64,000 nt of DNA from Euglena gracilis (GCA_039621445.1 CP154954.1:40045572-40109571), one strand, 5' to 3'; shown: positions 13,301 through 23,753, counted from the stretch's first letter. Notes: generated from the letters alone by a model not told the origin. Translations and numbers: made by a program.

Positions 13301-14047
13301 ACTGCCACCGTTGTTCTGCTGACATGATTCACGGAGGAATACCAAAGTGTATTGTAGCATTTGCGCATTTGCGCGCATCAAACGTTAAGAAAAAATATGC
13401 AAGTGGGTGGTGATGCTGTCAGTAGTGACGTACCTTGTAATGATGATTACACTTTTTTATTTGCGCAATTGCGCGCATCAAAAACGTGAACTGTTTCACA
13501 TTGATCCCAATAGACAAGTGTGGTAGGCCCCTTCTGTGTATTGTGTCTGGCACAGAGTTCCTTCACACCCCCTTGAAAGTAATGACCCATCAGTCACAGC
13601 GTTTGCATACCTGTTACGTGCTCCGTGTTTGTTTGGGTAATTCTCTGTGTTCTGAAAGCCGGGGGAAAGGTACTGAACGTTTGTAGCTGTGTAGTTTTCA
13701 GAGTGTGACCGTTTTTGAGAATAGGCTGTCAAACCCCCCTCCCAGAAGCCATACATTGTGTTACATTTGCGCAATTGCGCGCATCAAAAGTGTACTTTAA
13801 AATTTCACTGCAGTGGGGCACTGCGAGTCTGCCGTTGCCCGTGGCTGCTGACTCGTCGTCGGAGGGGTCCCTGCGTGAGCGACCGACTCGACGGTCGCGA
13901 TTCGAATCACCAGGCCCTGACACGTCACCTCAGCGGCCGGGCGGGCGAGTGCAAGGCGGAGCGCGGGGCGGCCACCAGCAGTCGGGACACTGTGGAGCCG
14001 AGGGCGTCCCACGCGTACGTCCCGGCGGACCCCTTCCAGGGGTCTGA
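10352..14047 (+). CDS. Putative DDE transposase, 878 aa, 3 exons
   Basis: Exons 10352-11159, 11634-13251 and 13837-14047 join in frame through two non-conventional introns (2637 nt). Motifs in expected order: VLWFDNF (D1), PLLVDINL (D2), PLYGVWH (GxxH), SDYVR, FSEEVNE (E). The N-terminus could extend upstream. Confidence 0.75.
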
Positions 14048-14559
14048 CTGAGCGGATTTTCTGATGAGGCGAGGATTCAGTAACTTTTGATACAAGTGAC
14101 GCCACGCTTTATTTCACGGATCAATCGGTGCGCCGTTACGAGGTGCATGTGCGCCAAAAGAAAAAAATTGAAAACTCCCCTCCGTACGCCTTCTACATTT
14201 CCAAAAAAGCAGGCCTACGGACGTCCAACGGCAAACCGCCCGTGCGTTAGCAGTTACGCGACCTGAATGCGTGACGTGTCACCCCCGGTTTGTGTTGGGC
14301 ATTTTGTGACACAGACAGGCCGTGAAAGATTACAAAAACGTAGCATATCCATACCCCCCCTTGCTACGGACCAGAATAATGCATGTTGTGCGCTCCGTTG
14401 TACTGTTTCACAGTTTTTCTATTTTTTGCCTGAAAATGCCTAAGTCGGATGAATTTTTGCCACATTTGGGGCGGGTTGCCTCCCGTGGGGTGGAAGGCGT
14501 TTAAAATGCGCTTCATTCAGCTGTTGAATGTGTAGTTCAGTCACTGGTTAGAAACCCCC

Positions 14560-14590
14560 CCTTTTTGAAAATTGCCTCAGGTCGCACACC
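14560..14590 (+). promoter_or_regulatory. Putative spliced-leader trans-splice acceptor of transposon gene B
   Basis: Partly pyrimidine-rich stretch ending CCTCAG (14580), 10 nt before ATG 14591. Confidence 0.4.
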
Positions 14591-17500
14591 ATGGCCGACC
14601 CTGTGGCTGTCCCCCCGGAGGGGGAGCCCGCCGTCCCCGGACAGGCGGAGCCCGGGACCGAGGTGGCGGCGTCCGGAGCGGAGCTCGCCCCGGCCGAGCC
14701 CGCGGCAGCCCAGGAGCCCAAGCCCGCCGCCAAGCCGGGGCGGGTACGCCCCCGCAACACCGCCCGGAAGCTCCCCATCGCGGAGGTGTACAAAGAAAAG
14801 GTGGAGCAGTGGGTGCTGGCGACCAGCACCAAACTCCCCCTCGACACCCTCCACGTCGACTACGGGATGACGGAGGGCCAGACCCGCCCCCTCGACAACA
14901 ACGAAGTGGAGCGCAAGCTCCGGCAGCTGCAGCTCAACCCCCCGCTGGAGCCGGTGAGGGTGACGGTCTGGAAGAAGGCCGGTGTGTCTCTCAGTGTGAT
15001 TGTGTGTTATATGACTGTGTGAGGTGTGACGGTCTCTCTGACATCAGTTAGCCTGTGGAGTCTCTGTTGGTATGTGGGGCTCTGCTTTGGCCACTGTGCT
15101 TTGCATGGTTGGTACTATTTGATTTGCGCAATTGCGCGCACAAGCACACAATGCATTTTATTTGCGCAATTGCGCGCACAAGCACACAATGTCATTTGAT
15201 TTGCGCAATCGCGCGCACAAGCACACAATGTCATTTGATTTGCGCAATTGCGCGCACATCCTGCCACTGTTTTCACAGAGAACCACTACGTGCTGATGTC
15301 GGGGCAGCACATCACCTCGGCGCTGAAGCGCTGGGCGGAGGGCTTCAGGTCCCAGAAGTTGAACCCCCCGAAGGATTCAGCTCTGTATTTCTTTGTGTGT
15401 TTTTTGTTTTGCCCCTCCCATGTCACCCCTCTCGTGCAGCCCCTCTCGTGCAGCCCCTCTCGTGACGCCCCTCTCATGCCACCCCTCTCGTGTCGCCCCT
15501 CCTGTGCAGCCCCTCCCAGGTCTCGCAGACAATGGTGCAAATACAGGGCTGTGGCCAGGCGAAGTACGTCCTCGCCACCATCCTCCACCCCTTGACCCCG
15601 GTGCACCTGCGGCGGGCGGCCGGCGGGGATGCGCAGGCCATCCAGTTGTCGGTGAAGGAGCTGTCCATCCCCCAGTTCGCCAACCTCCTGGTGAAGGGGA
15701 AGGACATCAGCACAGTGCCGGCGGTGCGGCTGGCGGCGGCCTACCGGCAGGCCGGCTGGGACCGGTCGGTCCCCCAGGTGTGAGCCCAGTCCAGTACTTC
15801 TGCCACAGCTCCCATGCATTTAGTTAGATGACGTTGTTCCCATTTTATTTGCGCAACTGCGCGCATAAAAATGTTTCACAAAGACGTAGTGCATTGTCAT
15901 GATGTACTGGCGTAGGGTTCCAGTCTCTGTGTCATTGCCTCAGGGGCAGGTCATCCAGATGTGGGGGCCGCTGCAGCGGCTGGTGGAGGAGAACCCGGAG
16001 GCGGTGGCGGGGCTGCTGAGCGTCGAGTCGGCGCTGGCGGCGAGGGGCCGCACGCTGCTGTCCTCCCACGTGCGGTCCCTCCGGCGGCTGCTGACCCCCG
16101 AGGCGCGGGCGCAGGTGGCGGCGGCGCTGCGGAGCCCGGGGATCGGCCTGGCCCAGCTGGAGCAGGCGGTGACCGAGGCCACCCACGAGATGTGGTGGCC
16201 TTCGCGTGGCGGGGCGACAACCCCAACATCCACGCGCGGATGGGTGTGCCACTGGGGTCTGCGTGGGTCGGGGTTGCATATGAAGGGTGCCCATAGCATT
16301 GGACGGCGGTTGGTGGTGATGGTCACTGGGTGCATTGCAAGTGTGGTCACGTGCTTCTCCCCCCCCCCTTCACTGTTGTCTCGCAGTGCACAACGGGGCG
16401 GAGCGCAGCCGCTTCAAGCGGACCGTCCCGGTGGCGGCGCTGCAGGTGGCGAGGCTCGGGTCGTGGACCTGGAGCCCGGCGGAGCCGAAGCCCCCGCTGG
16501 CGGCGGTGCTGACGGCCCCCTTCTGGGTGGAGGCGCAGTACAAGGAGCTGCGGGCCACCTTCGCCTTCCCGACGGTGGAGACCGAGGTGGTGGCCAAGGA
16601 GGGCGGGGCCCTCCAGGAGGTGGGGGTGGCCCGGCCGGCCGGGGAGGAGAAGGGGGTGCGCTGCCTGGTGTACCAGGCCAGCGGCGGAGCGGTCCCGGCG
16701 GAGGCGCTGGGGGCCGCAGTGGCCTCGTCGCCATCGAGGTCACCCACAACACGGGCTCAGGGTTCTGTTTAAACGTGAGTCTTTTCAATTTTAGTAGTTT
16801 CTGTTTCACTTGCGCAATTGCGCGCACAAAAAAAAGAAATTCATACTCCCACTCTCAACAGAAACAGCTCCCCAGTTGTGTATGCAATTTTTTTTTAAAT
16901 TTGATGCGCGCACTTGCGCAAATGTTTTGTTGCACGCACTTGCGCAAATCCAATGACTCAAGGTGTCTGTCAATGCTCCAACACACTCTCAAACAGAATC
17001 CTGCCCCCTCCTGTCCGAGCAGGTCAAGCGCCTGGCCGGCGTCGTGCCGGTCGCCATCTACGGCGGTGCCGGGGCGGTGGCTGCGGTGGAGGCGGCGGTG
17101 CGGCGGCTGGCGCCGGGGCGGGAGTCGGTGACGGTGGACGTCTGGCTGCGGCAGGGGGGCCAGGGGGTGGCCCGCAAGTTCGAGAAGCGGGCCCTGGTGG
17201 TCGTGTACGGCCCGGGTGACGTGGAGCGAAGCAAGGTACCCACCCCACCTCACGCATTCTGCAGATTGTCATTCCGCATTTCAGACAGTGGATACTGGAG
17301 GGTCACCCATCCAGTGCATCTTTTTTAAAATGTGATCGTTTGATGCGCGCAATTGCGCGCACCTTATACAAGAAAACTCTTTCAGCCTTCCATGCCTGTC
17401 TGGTCCCATCGTGCCCTCGCAGGTGCTGCCCAAGGTGGAGTGGGACGTGGAGTCCAGCTGCGGGCAGGGGCTGCACTGGCTGTGCGTGGAGTGGCTGTGG

Positions 17501-18773
17501 CGGAGGGTGGCGCGGCGGATGGAGGCCGCCAACGCCATGGTGATCCAGACCACCGACGCCGCGGTGGCCGGCCGGGTGGCGGCCTGGGCAGCCAAGCCCC
17601 CGGAGGTGCTGGTGGTGGTGGAGGACTCGGCCAGCAGCCTGGAGGACGTCACCCAGACCGTGGCCAACACGGTGACCCTGCCCCGGCCCGTCGCCTCCGC
17701 CATGCTGCCCCTCCTGCTGGCCGCCCTGGAAGGGGGGGACGCCCTCTGGGCCCCCCTGGAGAACGCCGCCCTGCAGGACAAGCTCCGCCTGGCCGCTGAG
17801 GAGGCGGGACGAAGGGCCAAGGAGGCCGAGGAGCGGCGCCGCCAGACCAAGATCCGGCAGGAGCAGCGCCGCCTGCAGAAGCTGGAGGAGCGCCAGAAGG
17901 GTGGGGCTGACCGGAAGAAGAAGCGCCGGAAGAAGGAGCCGGAGAAGAGGCCCAGCAGGCCCCCAGTCCCCAAGCCCCGACGGGAGGAGACCGAGGCGGT
18001 GGACAGCCCGGAGGAGGGCGACGTGGAGATGACCGCGCCCGGCCGGGAGACCCCGGAGCTGACCCCGCCCGAACCCGGAGCCAGCCCCATCATCGTGCCG
18101 CCGCCGGTGGCCCAGCCCAGCCGCCACCCGGAGGAGGAGGAGGTGGAGGAGGACAGTAGCAGCAGCAGCAGCAGCAGCAGTGACAGCTCGGACACCTCCT
18201 CCGCAGTCGCCAGCGAAGCTCCCGCGGTCCCACCAGTGCAGCAGGGAGAAGAGGAAGAGGAGGAGGACACCATCGAGGAGATCACCCCCGGGTACCGGAA
18301 GCCGGAGCCGCAGAAGGGGAAGGAGCGACAGGGGGAGGAGAAGAAGGGGGAGGGCAAGGGCAAGGGCAAGGGCAAGGGAGCCAAGGAGGACACCCGGTGG
18401 AAGGCGGCGGGACTGATCCGTCCCCCGGGCCCGGGGGAGGCCCTGAAGCCTGAAGGGCCCCAAGTCGTACCACCTCCTCGACCCCAAGAAGTACCCGGCG
18501 ATGAAGCACATCGTCGAGGCATCCAAGGCCAAGGTGGCCGCGGAGGCAGCGTCGTCGCAGGCAGCGGCGGCCTCGGCACCGGCGGCGACGCAGGAGGCGG
18601 AGTCCGAGGAGGAGGAGTCCGAGGAGGAGGAGGCCCCGGCACCGCCACCGCCTCGTACCGCCCCGCCTGCGGCGCCCCGGAGCACCGTCCGCCGCGGGCT
18701 GCCCAAGCCCGGCGCCAAGCCGGCGGCCGCCTCGGAGAGCCTGGCCAAGCGGCTCACCAAGCACAAGAAGTGA
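14591..18773 (+). pseudogene. Transposon accessory gene: ParB/Srx-like N-terminus, possible degenerate methyltransferase fold, coiled-coil and acidic tail; two frameshifts in this copy (~965 aa if repaired)
   Basis: Exons 14591-14981, 15279-15374, 15557-15777, 15944-16243, 16387-16718, 17023-17235, 17423-18773. Spliced sequence GQTRPLDNNEVERKLRQLQLNPPLEPVRVTVWKKAENHYVLMSGQHITSAL. Frame is restored by adding one G near 16193 and removing the CCTGAAG duplication at 18442-18455. Confidence 0.7.
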
Positions 18774-20972
18774 GACTGGCTGTGGGCCTGTCTCAGCACC
18801 TTCTTCTTTTTTTTTCTTCAGTTCTACTCCCCACTCCATTCTCTGCTTCTCATGTTTTTTTTTTAACAAAACACATTTGATGCGCGCATTTGCGCAAATG
18901 TTACAGTTACAAGTTTGTTTCCCCCTCTCAGTCCCCTCTCGGCTATGGTCTGTCCCCTCTCAGAATTCTTGGTTCAAATAAAAAAGTTCATCGTTTGTGT
19001 TGATGCGCGCAATTGCGCAAATCAAATGCACACTTTGTTTTTTTGTTATTTGCCTGCCAGTTGGGAGACAGTGCCCCACCGCCATGGGTGTCCGTGTACA
19101 CCGCCCCCCTGCTGACCGTCATCCCCACGCCCTCTACCCTGCAGGGAGGTGGACTTCTGTTTTTTTTTTTTGTGGGTTGGTGTGACACACCCCCTCTCGT
19201 GACCCTGCAGCCCCCCTCTCGTGTCGTGCTGCCCCTCTCGCCCGTGTTCAAAAAAAAATAATTACCCCTCCCCTCAAGCACCGCCCCCCACTGACAACCA
19301 GCGCGCGGCGGAGTGCGGGGCGGCCCCCCTCCTCCTGTTCAGCCCCGGGCGGCCAGCGTGTACCCCCGCCCGCCGGGGGTCTGTTTGCCAGTCGGCCTTT
19401 TTTCTTTCCCCTCCTGTCTTTTCATCCCCATCTCTTTCAATCATGTGGTTCTTCCATTGGCACCCCTCTCATCCCATGGCACGCACACCGTCGTACGTTT
19501 TATTTGCGCAATTGCGCGCATCAACATCAATTATCTGTTTTGTGACTCAAAAAAAACAGCAAGGGCAAAGTAATGCGTGGCACGCACGCAAGCCTCCACA
19601 CACAGGCAACCAGGCCACCACTGACAACCCCTGCGGGCGCCTGACCCCCACCGCCCTGCCCGCCGCACACCACCCCTGCACACCCCCTGCACCGTCACCC
19701 CTGCACCCCTGGACCCCTCCTCCCCCTATCCCCTGCACACCGGACCCCCCAACCCGCACCCCTCCCAGAGCCCTGCCACCCTGTCCCCTGCTTTCTTCAC
19801 CAATCAAAAATTCCCAAGTCTCCAAGGTAAAAGTACACACACACACACTCCGAGGCACCGGGAGGGAACACACTGCCGGCGAGTTTGCTTTCCCAAAAAA
19901 GGCTCCGCGTCACCACAGGGGCGGGCAGGGTCCCGGTCCCCAGGTGCTTTTTTCACTTTTTTTCCGTTTGGGCGGGCAGGGTCCCGGGGGTTTGGCCCAA
20001 AATAAAATTTCTGGACACCCAAAAAAAGCCAGTTTTTTGTCAAAGTCCCAGGGGTCTCTCCGCCAAAACCAAAAAATCGCTTCGTTTTTGCCCCTGCTGG
20101 CCGGCATGTCTCTTGAACCCCCGGACCTTCACTGCCGGAATCAAAAAACCGGGGGATTTGCGCATATGCGCAAATAAAAAGTTAAATCCTTAAGTGCGAA
20201 TTAGGCCGCCTAAGACTTTGCACTTGGTGGTGCTGGTCTGCACACCACAGCAAATGCCTGCCTTTTCGGGAGAAATAAGCTGATAAACATTGGCGCGCCC
20301 AGGGTTTTCTCTTGAGGCAAGTCCCTGGCACCGCTTTCTTTCTTTCTTCCCAAAAATTGTCCCGCCGAGTGATAATTGCTTGTTCCAAGGTGCGGGACTA
20401 AAAAAAAACCTCATAAATGCCGCACTCATTGCGCAATGTCCCAGCGCAATCATGGGGTCGCTCAGCAGCAAAGCGAAAATCAACTTCCCTATTCCAATAA
20501 AACCCCCCTCCCCTAGAAAGTGCACGGGTGCGCACATTTTAAGGACGGTTTGGGCCCCAAGGGGTGCGCAATTATCAGGGCACTGCACACTTATCACGAC
20601 AAAGCACAAAAATGCTTAATTTTCCACCACTCTTTTTCAATTTTCTCCCTCCTTGCAATGTCAAGCAATGCGTCAAGTGATTATGTGTTGTATTTGGGCT
20701 TGGACAATAGAAATTTTGGTCTGAGAAGGACAATTCTGATAATGTTGTGTCCTTTTCGACCTGAGATGACAGTGATTTCTCCTTTGGGGGGGGTGCCGAC
20801 TTTTTAGGGAGGTAAATTCGGATCCTTTGGGGGGGGGTGGCCTAAATTGAATAAAGTGTCATTAACCACTTCACCAGTAGCTTGTGCTCGATCTCACGGC
20901 TGGCCCATTTGCACTCCATGAAAACACACCCACCACGTACCGTTTTTCTCCTCGCGCAACTGTTTGAGCACA

Positions 20973-21035
20973 CCTCGTTGCCAATGGAGTCCAGCCACCC
21001 ATCAAACATCACGTACAACAAACAACCGTTTTCTG
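20973..21035 (-). pseudogene. hAT-like transposase remnant
   Basis: Translates ENGCLLYVMFDGWLDSIGNE, resembling the DGW first catalytic Asp motif of hAT (DUF659-type) transposases. Confidence 0.5.
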
Positions 21036-22453
21036 TTTTTCTGCTGTCTTACAAGCTTGCTTGATGGCCTGGACATGCTTGCTCAACAATTTTGTCAACG
21101 TTGGGTCTTTTCGCAAATCAGACGCAGACCTGGAAAAAATCCAAACTAAAATTGAACAAAAACCTGAACGTGCCGTGCACATCAGTGCATTTGCGAAGGC
21201 ACCCCCTTTCACGCCTTTATGTTTGGCAGAAGCCACGTGTTTTGTGCCAAAGTTGATTTTTTTCACCTGCACTTCCACCCTGCAAAAAAATACATCACAT
21301 ATTGTCTGATCCTTCACAAATGCAAAACACTCCCTTGGGGAAATCCTGAAATTGCCTGGAAGCTGTCATTGCTTTTGTACATTTCGCCCCACTCACCTAT
21401 CCTTTGGAAGACCTTGATTTCTTCATTGGTGGTCCACGGTCCACCCTCTTCATCCAATCCATCTGACATGAGGTTGACTGAGGAAAATCATGAAAATGCA
21501 TTAAACTCCACCTTCATTGCCTTTGTGTCTTGCAGAATTTTCAAGCCGTTGGCTGGCACTTTTATTCCGGTAATTCCGGTTTAGACCGGAATATCTCCCT
21601 GCCCCTGGTGTCTGCTTTGATGTCGTTGGGCCATTTCACACCATCTTGGTGCGCGGGGGGGGGGGGGGGGCAGCAAGGAAATCTACACCACGATCCACAG
21701 AAATCTGAGTTGGAAGTTGTTCCAAGCCATATGGCATGCGGTGGTGGGTGCTGTCTCTCCAATGACATGCCAACCCATCTTGTAGACCCCCCAACATCGA
21801 TGCACTGCGGTGCCCATGGGGAGGGTAAAGCGCAGACATTTGGGCAGCGGCCAACCACCACGAAACGGCCACATACTAAGACGAAATGCGGGTAATGATT
21901 CCACTGCTGGGCGGTGAAAGGGTCAGACACAGGCACAGGTTGGGCGTGGTGAAGGGCGAACCACGAGACTGGCATTCCGACTTCGTTTGTGCCACGTGGC
22001 AAGGGAGGAGAGAGTGTACAGGCGGCCGACCTGGTGGGCAGTCAGACAACCAGACCGGGGAAAAGGAATCTGTTGTCACATTGGCTCAGAACTGCACAAC
22101 ACAGACACAAAGTCACGTTGTCTTGTCTTCCCGCATCGGGCTGGCCACGCTCGAAACCCTCCCCACCACCGGAAGGTCGCCTGCAAGCGGCTGGGATGGC
22201 CAAACAACGTGACAAACAGCCAGAGCAGAGGTCAGGGGCACAAGGAGGGCAGGGCCAGGGGCCAAAGGGGCCGGGGGGTCGATGCACCGAGGCTGCCCAG
22301 CGGCGAACAGCGGAGCTTCCGCACATGAGGGGCAACCCGCCTGCCTAATCCGCAGGAAAAACGCAGACAGACACCCGCCGCCGCGCGGCACAGACAATCA
22401 TTTGAAGTAAGTGTGCCACGGCAGTTGCGTCGCGGCGGAGTATATAACGCTTT

Positions 22454-23130
22454 GGCAGCTCCCAACTATACGGCCCACGGGTCAGATACTTGGGAGTGGG
22501 GGGGGTCGTATGGTGGGACCCAGGTCCGACCTTTCGAAGAAAGTCAGGGTTTTGATTGGAATAGGGTTAGGGTTCCGGCCGGCGGGCCGTAGGGCACCCA
22601 TTTTTGGTCAGGGAGAAGTTAGGTCGCATTCTGGACGAATTTGGGCCGAATTTAGGCCAAATTCAGGCAAATTTCGGGCGAAATGTGTTTTCAAAAATCT
22701 TCCGAAATAGAGACCTAACCTCTGGCCTAACTTACTCCCTAAATTTGGCTGATTCTTGGCACGCCAATCCTAACCGGCAGCTCCCCACTATAGGGCCCCC
22801 CCAGGGGGGGGCATATAGTGGGGAGGGGGGGGGGTCAGAATAGCTTTTTTTGCATTAATGATGGAGTAGAGTTAGGTGCGCGACTTAGGGTTAGGGTTAG
22901 ACCTAACTTATAGACGGGTGTTCGGTGTACAAGTTAGGCCTAACCCTAAGCCTAAGTCGCGCACCTAACCCTACTCCATCATTAATGCAACAAACACCCC
23001 CCCCCCTACTCCCAACTATATGGCCCCCCCTGGGGGGCATAGAGTTGGGAGCTGCCTCCTAACCCTAACCCTATTCCTAAAATTCAGCAGGAACCCTCCC
23101 CGAATCTGCCACCGGTTGCCGGAAAACCGG
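22454..23130. mobile_element. GGCAGC-terminal non-autonomous element, interrupted and truncated
   Basis: Starts GGCAGCTCCCAACTA; body is the reverse complement of much of 23754-24263; interrupted by the MITE at 22776-23056. Confidence 0.7.
22776..23056. mobile_element. MITE, GGCAGC termini, 8-bp TSD, internal TTAGGG/CCCTAA arms
   Basis: GGCAGCTCCC...GGGAGCTGCC, TSD TCCTAACC (22768-22775, 23057-23064). Confidence 0.88.
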
Positions 23131-23277
23131 TCATGTGCAAAGAAATGTCATTGTCAAATGTCATGTGCAAAGAAAACGGCATTTTGGGTGCGGGAAAATG
23201 CGGTTGATCTGGGCGGTGTGTCATAGACCAGCCGTGTCGGGGACAAAGGGGGTGGGAAGGTATGTGTAAATTTTTAC

Positions 23278-23552
23278 GGCAGCCCGAAACTACTGGCCCC
23301 TCCCGGGGGGCCCAGTAGTTAATCCGGGGGTCAAATAGTTTTTTTGCGTTAATGATGGAATAGGGTTATGTGCGCGATTTAGGGTTAGGGTTAGGCCTAA
23401 CTGGTACACCGAACACCCGTCTATAAGTTAGGCCTAACCCTAACCCTAAGTCGCGCACCTAACCCTATTCCATCATTAACGCAAAAAAACTATTTTGACC
23501 CCCCCGGATTAACTACTGGCCCCCCGGGGGGGCCCAGTAGTTTCGGGCTGCC
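23278..23552. mobile_element. MITE, GGCAGC termini, 8-bp TSD, near-fully palindromic with telomeric-type repeats
   Basis: GGCAGCCCGAAACTACTGG...CCAGTAGTTTCGGGCTGCC, TSD ATTTTTAC (23270-23277, 23553-23560). Confidence 0.9.
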
Positions 23553-23753
23553 ATTTTTACTTATTTTTGCCATCGTGGAGGAGGCACAAAAAAGTTTGTG
23601 GCCACACTGCAGTGTGGAAAAAACAACAGGTTTTCTCTTTGGTGCCGCAGTACTTGTGGCACTTGCAATAAACATCACCAGTCAGTAACAAAAAAAGTAC
23701 GCAGTGGCGGCACAAAAAACGTCATTCTTCTGGTTCTTCCACCAGCTCCAAAT

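Larger units (their letters stand above)
9186..20175. repeat. Dispersed palindrome TTGCGCAWTTGCGC(GCAYCAA), ~23 sites
   Basis: Copies near 9186, 9737, 9848, 10166, 11318, 11432, 11518, 13359, 13459, 13765, 15122-15258 (x4), 15847, 16809, 16900, 16933, 17339, 18876, 19000, 19502 and 20156. All are non-coding and within the element. Confidence 0.9.
9146..20214 (+). mobile_element. 11,069-bp two-gene TIR DNA transposon, unclassified (Academ/Transib/RAG1-related transposase)
   Basis: 26-bp TIR CTTAGGCGGCCGAATTCGCACTTAAG (9146-9171) / CTTAAGTGCGAATTAGGCCGCCTAAG (20189-20214, 1 mismatch). TSD ACTTT (9141-9145, 20215-20219). Two long GC3-rich spliced genes inside. Confidence 0.93.
8940..21607 (-). 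mobile_element. Older degenerate hAT-like element hosting the 11-kb transposon
   Basis: Termini CAGAGAC (8940) and GCCCCTG (21607), flanked by 7-bp direct repeat GTGTCTG (8933-8939, 21608-21614). TATTCCGG-type subterminal repeats at both ends (~8966-9025, ~21562-21592). Transposase-like remnant inside. Confidence 0.6.

Noticed and set aside
15118-15260. CRISPR-like array of palindromic repeats
   Set aside because: Spacers are near-identical, there are no cas genes, and it lies in a eukaryotic intron.
17281-18880. Minus-strand 455/498-aa ORFs and the Gly-rich tail of the 17411-18880 ORF
   Set aside because: Shadow frames. The tail results from the 7-bp duplication, and codon usage favours the frame ending at 18773.
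9146-20214. Polinton, endogenous virus or bacterial contamination
   Set aside because: No polB, capsid or integrase-like genes seen; genes contain host-type introns and the element has a clean TSD in host DNA.
21900-22440. Possible 5' end of a minus-strand gene
   Set aside because: GC-rich with an ATG near 22326, but no supportable splice model or homology.
22860-23480. True telomere or chromosome fusion site
   Set aside because: TTAGGG tracts are short and enclosed by TIRs and TSDs.
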